A DNA stretch of 64,000 nucleotides, taken from NCBI GenBank assembly GCA_964057225.1, contig OZ059900.1:9362001-9426000 (forward strand), read 5' to 3'. Within the stretch, counting starts at the first letter, position 1. Each line of letters starts with the position of its first letter. Shown here piece after piece: positions 42,252-55,047 of this stretch. A program made the position numbers and the translations under genes. The notes beneath the pieces were generated by a model. That model worked only from the letters and a program-made list of their open reading frames with translations. It was not told the origin of the DNA and searched no databases. Origin of the DNA: Auanema rhodensis (lineage: Eukaryota > Animalia > Nematoda).

Positions 42252-42265
42252 ATCTCCATGACAAC
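42252..42265 (+). promoter_or_regulatory. X-box (DAF-19/RFX binding site)
   Basis: ATCTCCATGACAAC matches the nematode consensus RTHNYYWTRRNRAC at every position and lies ~160 bp upstream of the GPCR ATG. Confidence 0.7.
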
Positions 42266-42423
42266 CATTCTCAATCCAATGCTGTCTCGCCATGTATTGA
42301 ATGTATACCACCACATAGAGATTGAAATTTCTATTATTCTTCTTTATTATATAGTTTTTTAACTTCTTTTTGTTATAGAATTATTAAAACATTGAAAACT
42401 TGGCTTAAATCCAAGCTGACTCA

Positions 42424-44334
42424 ATGCTTGTACCAGTACGCGTTGAGTATGTCAGCGAGGATGATACACTCGCTGAAATTGCATATCGTGAAATGACGTC
42501 ATCAAGCTTACGTAAATCGAATGCTATTCTTCTTGGTTTGTTACAACAATTAATATTTCGTCTGATTTGTGAAATCTTCTAAATTACAGCTTTAATTGCT
42601 ATATTCGCATACGGATTCAATATACTACTGGCTACTGTTATATTCGTCAAGTATATATATAGTTTTCTTATTTTTTTTTAACACAATCTCATTTTAAAGC
42701 AAAAGCTTGCGCATGGTGAATACATATCTTCTACTGGGGCACTTTGCTTGCATCAACTTAATTGATTTAACCTTTTCTGTCTTTTTTTCGTTGATTTTTG
42801 TTGCCAATAACAGTTGGATATTTGGTATGACATGGTGTCGAATCCATGCAGCAATACAAGAGGTACCTTATATCTTCAAATTAGAAAAACAACTTGAAAC
42901 TATTTGCACATGATATGTTTTTCAGTTTTGTTTGTTATATACTCTTATATCACTGATGCTGTTAGCAACTGAACGAGCAATTGAATCAAATAAGATTATC
43001 TCTCTATCATCTTCCAACTTTCACATGAGTTTGAATGGGTTTTTCACAAAAAAACACTTATTAAGTAAGAATTTGATTGATTTTCTAAATTCTGATTCAT
43101 TACTTTCTTTGAGGAATTTCATTCGTGCTTGCTATAGTATCTGTTCTGGTAACTGCTCCCATAACATCTCCAGCTATTCCGGTTAAGCCATTTAAAAATC
43201 GATTTGTCTGTGGTATTGATAGGTAAATAACGGCTTTCATCCTTCTTTTTTTTCAAATAATATCTTAGTCAATCACCTATTGCTTATTCTGTAGCTCGAA
43301 TTGTCCTGTATACAGGAGCACTGCTCGTTAGTGTTACAGCATTAGGTGCTATCCTCAAGATGAAAGTAAGTTTCATGCATGTGTGAGACAAGCAACAACT
43401 CTTCTTATGTTCAGCCAGAAAGCACTCTTCCATCTCAACCCCATGATTATAACTCATTTATTAATCGAATCCGCTTGATGCAAGAACAAAAAAGTTTAGG
43501 ACGATTGGTATATTTCCATATTCTGAATGAAAATACAATAATATTTCTCATGTTTTAGATTATAATTGTGTTTGTATTGTTTGTTCTGACGTCAAGTCCT
43601 TATTGTGTTCTCAGCTTAGTTTATGAAGTTGCAAACAGCGCTGAGCTTTCTCAAAATGGCCCACAGGTTGATATTCCACAGGATGCAGATACGCTTATCA
43701 CATGGCTTAAATTTCTCTTTCCTCTGATATCGCCAATGCTGGTCAAACAATGACGTATTTGAATAAATTATTTCTATTATTAGCTTTTAGATTATATTTG
43801 GATGTGGAGATTTACGTATGAAAGTCCGAGAATTGTTTTGTTGCTCACCTGATTCACTGCATTATGGACAGCATTTCAGCCCAACAGGTAGTAGCCCAGT
43901 GACTATGTAGAAAATATTATAAATAATTATTAAGTTAATCCTCCGCAAATTATGACATTAGTCGGCACTTCGAATGGGTTGAGGTTTCGAGAAAATCAAT
44001 TGCCAGCTAATCCGCAACAAACCGCCTTCACAAACTTGGTGACACCGTTTACTGTTGATTTGCCTCCAAAATGTTCGCTAAAATTGTTTTTGTTAGTCTG
44101 ATAGCCTAATTGTTTAGATGAAAATATTGATGATCATTCCCCCAAATATCCTGCTCCAGCTACAGCATCACCTGTGACATCAGTTCCGGTTCAAAGCAGT
44201 AGCGAAGCATCGACGGCCAACAAAAGATCAAAACGAAGAAAAAGGTTTGAAACATTTCAACAAGAGTCCCATATCCTGGAAATGAAACAAAATACCAAAA
44301 ACTTTTTTTCAGAGCGAAAAAACGTGTTCGATAA
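42424..44334 (+). CDS. Orphan rhodopsin-like (class A) GPCR
   Basis: The spliced product has 7 hydrophobic segments, the ECL1 motif NNSWIFGMTWC, TM3 ending LATERA (DRY position), an ECL2 Cys (RFVCG), TM6 FVLTSSPY, TM7 DTLITWLKFLFPLISPML, and a basic tail KRSKRRKRAKKRVR*. Confidence 0.88.
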
Positions 44335-44395
44335 CTGATATCCCCAAATATCTGAGAGAACGTGTTCGATAACTGATATCCCCAAATATCTGAGA
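44321..44395. repeat. Perfect 37-bp direct tandem duplication spanning the GPCR stop codon
   Basis: AACGTGTTCGATAACTGATATCCCCAAATATCTGAGA at 44321-44357 and 44359-44395. Confidence 0.95.
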
Positions 44396-44722
44396 TATTT
44401 TATCAAGCTTCCAAGAAATAACTATTCCGTAACTAACTGCATTTCAGACAAAGTTTTATGAGTTTTTTTATTATTTATTGATATAATACCTAATACAAAT
44501 TTGAAAAAATATTACGCTTAATTAATAAAAAAAATAGCAAAGATTAATGGGTTATATAAAATACAGAACAAAAAGAGTATGAAAAGTATCAATATGTGAA
44601 AAAAATGTAAAAACCTAAGAATAATTAAAACTGTTAATTTGTGAGATCATTTGGGAGTAATTTGTAAATTGCTGTATATCCTATCTGTTATAATCAGTGC
44701 ATTATCAGCTTGGTTTATTATT

Positions 44723-45736
44723 TTAAATGCCTTTTAGTAGTTCCTCTGAAAATGTTAATTGAAATTCTGCTAATATGATCGGATATAATTTGAAATTACT
44801 CACGATAAAGTTGTAACTTTGCTTTTTGGTCCTCTTGGCGTGTTTCCCATCTTCTCCAAACTAGCAAACAATCATTTTGAACAAGTTCCAAAACTTCCTC
44901 ATGCTTAACACAAACTTGCGTAGCCTGCATACAAAGATATAGGTAGAGATTAAAACTGATATTGATAAGTTTCACCTCTACTCCACATTTAGCAAATACT
45001 TTAATGTCATTTAGCCCTTCGAGAGTAAGAAATTTTCTTCGGCAGTATTCGACAACCTAAATATAGGAGGTGAATCAAATAATTTCGGATTCAAACATAC
45101 ATCTTCATTGCCACGAAGAACCAAATATTCTAAAAGAAGAATGCCATTTACGACATGAATCCATTTCCGGTTTACGTTGGATAGATAGTACCAGATAGCT
45201 GCCATGACTTGTCGTAACATCTTGAAAAAGGAAAATAATCAAAAAGTACAGAAAGAAATTAAAACATCTAAGAAGAAGCAGTATATACCTTAGGATGCTG
45301 CGTCATTGTAGCAATTCTGCTGAACATCAAATTTCGTTCATTGTGATTGCATCCCAGAGCTGCCTTCACCATTTTCTCCGCAAAAGACAAATTATCAGAG
45401 TGAAATAATGATTTAGCAATTCGATTGATATAAGGTACAATCATCTATAATTAAATAATTAGCATAATATATAATACTAATATATTTAAATTTTATAAAC
45501 AATGCAATACTAGTGGCATTATTATGACAAATGAAAGTAATATCTATTTATCAGTTTGGAATATTAACCGGAAATTATCTTAAATATTGCATCTCATATC
45601 TATTACATCATTTTTATCATAAATGGGCTAAACATCATTGATATAGTTAATTCGTCAATATATGCACAGCCAGTATTATTATTGATAGCATAAAAACACA
45701 TAAAAAACATACCATAAGGGGCTTTTGGGTTGGCAT
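44723..45736 (-). CDS. Divergent ENTH-domain-only protein (174 aa)
   Basis: Exons 45736-45713, 45444-45289, 45220-45101, 45056-44976, 44924-44804, 44745-44723. NLSFAEKMVKAA, FSRIATMT and VMAAIWYYLSNVNRKWIHVVNGILLLEYLVLRGNEDVVEYCR parallel epsin NYSEAEIKVREA, MSEIADLT and [42 protein letters not shown]. Confidence 0.82.
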
Positions 45737-46433
45737 CCTGAGATAAGTTCACCGGCAGCTCGGCGGCAGCTCACCCGCACGCACACGGTCCAATTAAAAA
45801 ATGATGATAAATCAATAGAGACAGGTAATCCTGTGTACTTTTAAAGATGCGTATTTATTATTATTATTATGTTATTATAATTACGGTATACAATATCATC
45901 AAAATAATTCGAATTAAGAACAAAAAAATCAATATTTGTTGTTTGTATATTGTGATGTGAAGAGATCACTACAACATAAAAACAAAATATTAATATTGTA
46001 AACAGAATATACTTTTTCTTGATTTTTCTTTGAACTATATATGAAAAACTCAATGGTCAGTTGATGTTGTGAAGTTTAGGAAAATAGAATTTGTTGTATT
46101 CAATACACATGTGTGAATAGATGTTTGCTCTTCTTTGGACATATAAAGAAATATAATCATTTCAGTATTTCATATATTGAATTGATCTCATAGATCAGTT
46201 GATGATGAAGAAAACTTAGTAGAAGCTATCAAAGAAGAATAAGTATATTATAGAGATTAAAATCTTTTTTTAGTTCAAAAATACTTTAAATTCTTTCATT
46301 GAGATTATAATTTTGTGGTATAGTTTACGTAATATATAGAAGATTAATAAAAGTTTATTAAAATAATTTATATACTATATGTATATGTTTATATTATAAT
46401 ATATAACTTATATTTAAAATATGTAGGAATAAA

Positions 46434-47945
46434 TTATGATTTGTCGTGATAGGTTATCCATGCATTGCAAACAATAGCAGCTGATGCGACGATCAAGAGA
46501 ACATTGATCGTAAGAAGTCCAGTGAGTTCCGGTTGTTCAAAGCATAGATTGTTCTTTAATTGCATAAATGTTTAGAAAACTTGTCAGGCTTCATTTACCT
46601 CTAGTTCATTGAATCTCTCGTTGAACCATGGACTGTTCAATGTTTCAACTGTACTGTTCTGCTCAGATAAGTTAACGTTTTCTGCCAAAAGGTGTATATA
46701 ATACTGAAATTTATATTACACTACCTGTAACATTGAAAGTCAGTAATTCATTTGTTGCATTTCCATTTGCTGTATCAGATCGACGTCTTCGAGGAGGATC
46801 CGGACAAGTTGGTACCTGAAAAACAATTCCTCTAGATCAGCAATGATTGAGTAAATGCTGGCAAACATCACAATATTCAGCGTATAATGGCTTCAATCGG
46901 ACAGAGATTTGACAATCAAACATGATATGATCTTGATCAGCATATTTGTAAACGTGAGCTTCTCGTCCGGCCATTAAATCTTCGGGATATTCCAAATTCG
47001 TCAGTAAGTATTTATCCATTGCACAACTAAAGTCAAATAGTGATGACTAAAATCATCAAATTCGAATTACCCATCTTGATTAAGTAAAGGAACTCGCTCA
47101 CTTTTGCCATTATCAGCATAACATGAGTGTACTGTCATACAGAACGTATTTTTCTCCTCGGATTCACATGACCATTTATGGTAAACCTATTGAATTTGAT
47201 TGTGGACTGGTTATCATAACAGTTCATACCGGCTGTCCAACTTTTGCGTAAAAGACAGGTGGACCAAATGGTGAACCATCTAATACCTCATACTTACAAA
47301 CTGGCATTGGCACCTGTTTAGAATGAAGAACGGCTGGACGCATACTTAACATAGCAATAAAATATTTTGAACGACATTAGAACTTACTTGACCTTCACTT
47401 CTCTTTGAAGATATCTATTGGTTTCTTTATAATAACACTCAATATTAAAGTATTTGTCGTGTTTTGTTAGAAAATCTGGATTAAATGCCAATATGAATGA
47501 TGTACGCACAAATACGCCATTATTTCTTGACTATAAGTATTATTTTCATTTTATTCTCATTCTAATTTTTTCAAAATACCGTAATATTACTTGCTATGCC
47601 GCATCGATCAAAAGGTAATTTTAACGTAGTTTTCAAACTATTGGAACTCTGTTTAATATGAGATCGACAATGAGGATCTGTTAAGTAGCCATGAACAAAA
47701 GCAATTCCGTGAAATGGTGAACTAGTCGAGAATGTAATCTTCAATTCAATAACTCATTTCATAGCAGAGTATGATGTGAAAAATACCTCAAAGTGGTGAT
47801 CAGCACATTTAACCAAAGGATCGTTGATAAGAGTGTTGTTATTTTCTGCGCAACTGATCTAAGAAGTGAAATTCTGGATTATAACACATAATTATCTTAC
47901 CTCTATCAGCATATATATAGTTATTAATAATAAAAAGCGGCACAT
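46434..47945 (-). CDS. Second cuticlin-like ZP-domain protein with a C-terminal TM helix
   Basis: Spliced product includes MCRFLLLIT..., DPLVKC, PFHGIAFVHG, LPFDRCG, LAFNPDFLTKHDKYFNIECYY, VPMPVCKYEVLDGSPFGPPVFYAKVGQPVYHKWSC, DGCAMDKYLLTNLEY, GREAHVYKYADQDHIMFDCQI, and a furin-type RRRRS site. Confidence 0.93.
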
Positions 47946-49521
47946 TATTAATTCATTAGTATAATTTAAATTAATAAAAATTGGAAAAGATATATGTGTT
48001 GCTATGACTTTTCCAATCGTTTATGAGAAGTCGATTTGAAGCAATTTTAACGAAGGGAAATTAAAGACAAGAAAGATGTAAACGTGGAGGTTGACATAGA
48101 TAAAAACAAGATGGAGTTGAAATAAACAAGAATCTCGCGTACCTCACAATTATGATGATTCATATAGATAAATATCATTATTTCATCTTCTTGGGAGCCG
48201 TTCACGATGTTATCTTCTTAATCTGAATTTCAACACAATAGCTGAGGTGAGGAGAATAGAATTTTATTCAATTTTTGAATTTCATAACTAAGTTTGTTCA
48301 TCTTAATTGTATGAATGAAAGCATTTAAGTACTTTATAGTTGTTTTTTCGTTTAATTGTGAAATATTAGTCCCCCCCCCTTCTTCCGTTGCTTGTAAAAT
48401 TATAATCATTTTCAGTGAGAAAAAAAGAAGAAAGATTAGAGAATACTACAGAAAATGTGATAATAAACATTTATTACTGACTATTAATCATATTCAATAG
48501 AAAAAATGCACAATAGAGTAGACTTAAATATAATTATTTGAACTTTTTCATGAAAAAAGCGCATTTTATAAAAAGCATGAAGACATAAAATGATTGACAT
48601 TAGTAGTAATAAAATAAGTAATAAAATAAAAATGGGTTGAAGCACTAGAAAAAGAATTGAAAAAAGAAATACACGAACATATGATATAGAAAGCAATAAA
48701 GCATCTGAAGATACAAAGTGCATAAACGAAAAAAAAAATCTTTTTGAAATACAAAGATTGCATTGATTGTTGAGAAAATTCAACAAATATTTCAGCAAAT
48801 AAAAACGGAGAAAAAAAAAGATCAAAATTTGATAAATTTTAGAAATAAACTGATAAGGCATTGCTAGAATTGATGTCTGATAACTTAAGATTATAAGCTA
48901 AACTTCAAACTAAAAAGATGCAAAAAAGCATTTTCGAACATTTTGTTCCCGAATATGAAAGCACAAATATTTTTCAGATAAGATAAACAACAATATGGAG
49001 CAATAGAAAACTATCTTGATTATAATTTCATTAATGCAATGTATTATTCGGAAACTCAAATATATATCTCTTGAGAGAATTAGGTTAGGTAATATTGTTG
49101 TAACGAGATATAAAGTATTTCAATCTGTGAAGACCCATCTGGTAAGTGAGCATATCCAATTAGCTTCATAGGCTCTTCATTGGCCATATAAGAGGACAGC
49201 CGAAAACATGTTCTATGCATGTGAACAGTAGTTGTTGGCTATGCATTTGCTTCAAAGATGTTTGATACCTACGGCATATATCAATTATAAGCTTATTTTA
49301 TAATTAATGATGATATTACTATTATAATCTGTGTCCCAGAAAACATTTATGAACGTCACTTCAATTTATGTTGAAAAAATTATCTTTTTTTTTAGTTAAT
49401 CCTCTTATTATCTTCCGTTTTCAGTTATTTTATGAAGCACGTCCATTAATTATAACAAAAAAAATTTTCTTCGCAAAAAAAAATGTATAGGCTGATATTC
49501 ACATACTGCAGACAGAACGCC

Positions 49522-49841
49522 ATGGATTGTGGCATGGATGAGAATGAATATCGAAAACTATCGAAAGCAGAAAGAAGAAAGCGTCGACGAGCTACACCAA
49601 AATATAGAAATCTTCATGCAACACGTGAACGGTACTATCATACGCGAATAATTGACAGATGAATTGACATCATCTCTTTCATTATTCTAGGATACGAGTG
49701 GAGTCATTCAATCAAGCATTTACCCATCTACGCTCACTCTTGCCTACACTACCTGCTGAAAAAAAATTATCAAAAATAGAGATTCTACGCCTATCAATAT
49801 CATATATCAGATTTCTAGATGATTTATTACATATTAAATAA
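49522..49841 (+). CDS. hlh-15: bHLH transcription factor, NHLH/NSCL (HLH4C) ortholog
   Basis: Two exons split in the Arg codon of RER|[78 protein letters not shown], diagnostic of the NHLH family. Confidence 0.92.
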
Positions 49842-51124
49842 ATAAAATTGATATATATATCTATATCTATACTTATTTTCTTTATATTTTTTATCGAATG
49901 TCAAAAATAATTGATTATCAAAAAAAATTGTTGCCGTACGGAAACAGGTAATATTCTTCTTTATGTATACGTGGCTTTCTTGTAACTTTTTGCGCTAGTT
50001 TGACGTATAATTCCAAATATCACCATTTTCAAATGTTTCAACGACGTTGCTACTGAAAAGGGGTGAAACTAATACTGTGAATTCAGCAGCTTAGTGCCAT
50101 GATAATATTTTAAGCTGGTGATATCATATCTTAGAACTTTGATTAGAGAGGTGAATTGAGGAGCAGTTGAGAGTTAAGCATTCATTATCGTTTCTGTAAT
50201 CATTTGAACATTGGTGAGGTTCTGATTAACGGAAAACTGTCGTTTACAGCTACCTAAAGTTTGAGTTTGAGCTTTTATAGCTGATACCTATGATATAATT
50301 TTTTATTTTTTCTGAAATTTGTTCATTTGAAATTCTAATTTATTATTCTAACTTGTAGTTATTGTATCAAACTCATTTGGTATCTTGTGACTTATTTGGG
50401 AAAAAGTTCGAATAAGCTTATGCATGCAAGTTTTTCTAATTTATTTATTTTTCTTTCTTTCATTTTTTTATATGTTGAGCATATTTTATAAACTAGAATA
50501 AAATTTTGATCGCTTGAAATAATTGATTTATTCATCACGTGGTTCCTTCAATGTATTCTAATTAAAAGCTGATAAGACTACCTCCGTATATGTCAGATTG
50601 AAAATAAGAACACAAACGTGAGGTAGCTATGATTCCATTTACATGAGGGTTTTTTCTCGTCATTCAGATATTAAACTTCATCATGTTTTTAAGTATTAAT
50701 CTGCTTATTTACTTAACTGTCATAATTTCCTTAGTACCAGTGGGGAAGTCATAAGGTCAGTAGAAGAGCAAATACAAACCTGTGATAATAGTGCGCCTAA
50801 ATACTGAAAATAATTCTTCGTTTTGAGCAAGACGTCCAATTAATTTATGAAAATGACCATTGGTAATTTAAACTTTATAAGTACGTTCTGATTCGCATGT
50901 TGTTGTTCACTATATAAGTTCATATGTTTTAATGCATTTAAACCTCAGCTTTGAATACTTTAAGTCATAGTATTCACACTTTTTCACCTTCATCCTGCTT
51001 GGCAATCACAGCCTTAACACCAGTTTTCATATGTCTGCATCGTTTTTTTCGACTCTAACTTTTCAAAGGGTTAATATGCTTCCATTGCGACCTCTAATCA
51101 TACAATTCTTAATAATTTTCCCTA

Positions 51125-51147
51125 TCTCTCTCTCTCTCTCTCTCTCT
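51125..51147. repeat. (TC)n microsatellite
   Basis: Read directly from the sequence. Confidence 0.9.
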
Positions 51148-52408
51148 GATCATCAAAGACATTCAGAAAAAAGAAAACGAATAAAAACTGATGAATACAA
51201 CTAGTTTTAGTTTTCTTCTGTGAACTAAACTACATTCTCAATTAACTCGAAAATCATTGTGGTTATTGCAAGTTCTACAAGTTATCCATCATACGCGCGG
51301 TATCGTCGTTATTGCTAAAGGAAAGGAGCGAAAAAAAAAAGAGTTTTTCTTTTATTTCACCTCGTTAATCATTAAAATTTTCTAAATTTCATCTTTAAAG
51401 TTGAAAAAAGCTCAAACTGTTGTTTCTTGGTTTTAATTCACATAAAATTCATTCTGCCAAATATTTGACGTTGTTATTATTCAATGATGAGTTTGGAAAA
51501 TTATTGTTTACTGCCACCGTTCTTGATAACTCTTTTGAACAAAAAATAAAATAAACTTTACTTGGTTTGTCCTAATTTGTCCTTCGGCATCTTATTTTTT
51601 GTTTTTCTTCCTTTAAAAAAATGTCTACATATACATCATTGTTTATCAATACATATGAACGTATACACACTTATCAGTTCAGTTTTTGTTGGCTTTGTGC
51701 CTATAGCGCATCATTTTTCGAATAATTGAATCTTTAAAAATCAGATTGTTGACTTAGCATTCTGACTGATATGTTGTACAGTTTATATCAATCATATGAA
51801 TGAGATCTATCTCTAGTCTTTTCGATCTCATCAGCCATTTCTTTAAATTTAAATATAGGCATAAATAAAATATTAACTGATAACATTTTGATCGTCTATG
51901 AATGAACTTTAGACTATCTTTTCAACTTTTCAATTCATTATAATCTCTGTATGCTTATACATAAAAGATAGGAAGCAAGCACTAAGGTTTTTTTGGGTTT
52001 ATCATATTAAACATCTAGCTTGGCTCCTTCGTCTGTTCATTCTTCCAATCTGAACTCTATTACTTAATCCAATCTGTTGACATCATCTAATCATGAGATT
52101 ATTACGCTATCATAGCCCAATTGCACATTGTGTACATGTTATGGATAAGCTAAATGAGTATTCAAATAAAAATACCAGGTGGGAGAAGTATTTATTGATA
52201 TGTGTGTTCTTAATAATAGTTTCCTATAACTAACTTGGTTCATAGTTAATAGAATATATAACTTATTCATGCTGTATAGGTATTAACAGTTGTATTTTCA
52301 TTTTTTTAACAAATAATTGTTTTTAAAACAACTAAAATTTTGTTTTCCGGTGCTTATAACTACAAAATATGTAGATTTTTCATTCTAATATTCACGTATT
52401 ATAGAAAA

Positions 52409-54568
52409 ATGACTGAACGACGTATGCCAAGTTTACGTATACTTTGTACCGCCCTTATCGTCTCGTTGGGAGGCTCATTTCATTTCGGATATCAATTAGC
52501 TATAACCAATCCAGCTCAGAGTGCTTTTATCCATTTTTTAAATACAACCTGGGGAAATCATATAAACATGTCTCCGAGTACAATGAGTGTAAGTACTAGA
52601 TGTAATATTATTATGAGCTAATAAATTATAGAATGTTTGGAGTTTTACTGTAGCGATATTATTTCTTGGAGCTGTTTGCGGATCATTTTCTATGAGCTTT
52701 GTGGCTGACTATGTTGGCAGAAAGCGTGGCTTATATATATCTATTGGTTTAGGAATAATATCTGCTGCCCTATCCATTATATCAAAATTTGTAAGTTTCT
52801 ACTTCTATCCTTGTTTCTCAAGAAAAAAACTTTTTTAATCTAGATTCCTTCGTTTATTGCTTATATTATTTCTCGTATTACAATGGGATATTCAGTAAGC
52901 TTAAGTCTTGGCTTAGCAGCAGTTTTCTTATCAGAAGTTAGGTATGATGAACAATTCTTAACTAGCAATATTTGTTTTTACTACAGCCCACGTGAGTGTC
53001 GCGGATTAGTTGGCATGATTACGGGATGCGCTGTTCAGCTTGGAACAGTAGTTGGTTCTATCTTAGCTATGCCACAGATTTTTGGTAGCGATAGTTCATG
53101 GTATAAGATGAAATCATTAGCTAATTTATAAAATACATTTAATTAGGTATCTGATATATGTTGCTGAAGGAGCTATTATGTTGTTTTTTATTTGTACGTT
53201 ACCTTATTTACCAGAGTCTCCAGGGTAAGATATATAAATAAGTTTAGCACATGTTCAAACAATGAATTTAGACATTTGCTTAAAGTTGGTGCTGTAACTG
53301 CAGCACGAAACTCAATCCAGTATTATCATGAATGCGATGAAACAACAGCGGATAGTTTATTATCGCAAGTTAAGGTACATCATTGTATTGTTTTATCAAC
53401 AATTTTGTTGAATTTCACATTAGGAAGAGCAAAAAGAAGCGAAAAAGAATTATCGAATTTTGGAAGTAATGGGAAATAGACAACTCCGTAATAAAGTGCT
53501 AATTGGTATTGTGATCGCCTTTGCTATGTCCTTCAGTGGAATTGCTGGTGAGCCGATTAAAATGCTTTTCTTTGTGTAAAAAATAAAAAACTTTCAGTTA
53601 TAAATGCATATGCTGTTCAAATCCTTCTAGACACTGGCTTATCACGTACTGCTGCATCTCTTGCGAATGTCGGTATTGCTTTTGCTAGCTTGGTACGATT
53701 TATCATCACTTTCATATACATTCAAGATATTTTCATTACTTTTCTTTGAAATTGTGTTGTACTTATAAAAATATTTTTTATCAGCAGCTAATTATGATGT
53801 TATAGGTTGCAAGTGCAATATCTTCATTAGGTGTTGATCGGTTCGGTCGCCGCCCACTACTCCTTGTATCGCTTACGGGTCTTCTCATCTGCAATTTCTT
53901 CATTTTTGCACTAATGCTCGCATTTGATATGACATCTGTAAGTATTAATCTGAGAACAGAATGAGGCATTATATCGAAATATGCTCTAAAAAAATAGATT
54001 TTTGAACTTTGACATGGATCAAAATACTTCAAAATGAGATTAATTAATCAACGATAATTACATATATTTACCTTTCAGATACAAGCTCTTGGATTCTGTC
54101 TCATATTTGTTATTTGTATTTTTGTTGTATTTTTCTCTGTTGGACCTGGTCCCTTGTGCTATTTCATTGCAGCTGAGCTTGTTGGACATACAGCTCGCAG
54201 TGCTGCTCAAGGATGGGCCAGTATTGTGCAGATGTTCAGGTATTGACATTCGTGAGTTAAACACATTAAAATCTATAATTTCAGTCGTTTCATATTAGTC
54301 ATGTCATTTCTTCCATTAAAAACAGCTATACACTCATATGCTTATCTTTTATTGTTTATTGCTCCTGTTTTTCTATCAATTGTTTTCTTATACTATCGTT
54401 TACCTGAAACAAAAAATAGAACACCAGATCAGGTACAAACTATACCATAACAACAAATACTTCAAATGAAATGTTTAGGTAAATGAAGAAATGAGTCGAT
54501 TACCTCAGTTATGTGGAAGTCGACCAGTCCATGATGCTCATTCAAATGAATCAATCAACACTGTATAG
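52409..54568 (+). CDS. MFS sugar-porter (GLUT/SLC2-like) transporter
   Basis: Spliced motifs GGSFHFGY, ADYVGRK, FLSEVSPRECRG, LPESPG, VDRFGRRPL, SVGPGPLCYFIAAELV and RLPETKNRT. Confidence 0.93.
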
Positions 54569-55047
54569 ACGTTTAAGAAAGAGGAATTTCATTGATTGTA
54601 CTTACAATATGTATATAATAGTATGATTAATTTTAATTAACGATGATCTATGATATATTATTTTGGTTATAATTGTTATAACTATGTAAAATATCATTGT
54701 ATATACGCGGTATTGAAATTATTATATTATGAGAAAATCAAGAAAAATTATAGATAATTAATGTTTAATGAAATAAATTTTTTTTTGATTTATCTAGATT
54801 ATTATGCAATTTGATTTTGTTTCTTGATTGTTTGGAAACTTTTCCTAAATTTTTTATCGCTCTTACGCCCTCTTTTCAAATTGAAAAAGTAGTTTGTATG
54901 TAGCCAACTATACTGTTCTATGTTGTTCAACTCTTTTCATTTTAGGTTCTATGGCTCTTACCTTAAAACGCATTTTTAGTTATGATTTTCTCACCAAAAC
55001 AGTTGCATTTCAATAACTGCGGCATGTTCTCAACACATGCATTGAAT

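Noticed and set aside
49930-49945. GTTGCCGTACGGAAAC, an X-box-like palindrome
   Set aside because: It has a four-base spacer rather than two and lies 3' of hlh-15, not in a promoter.
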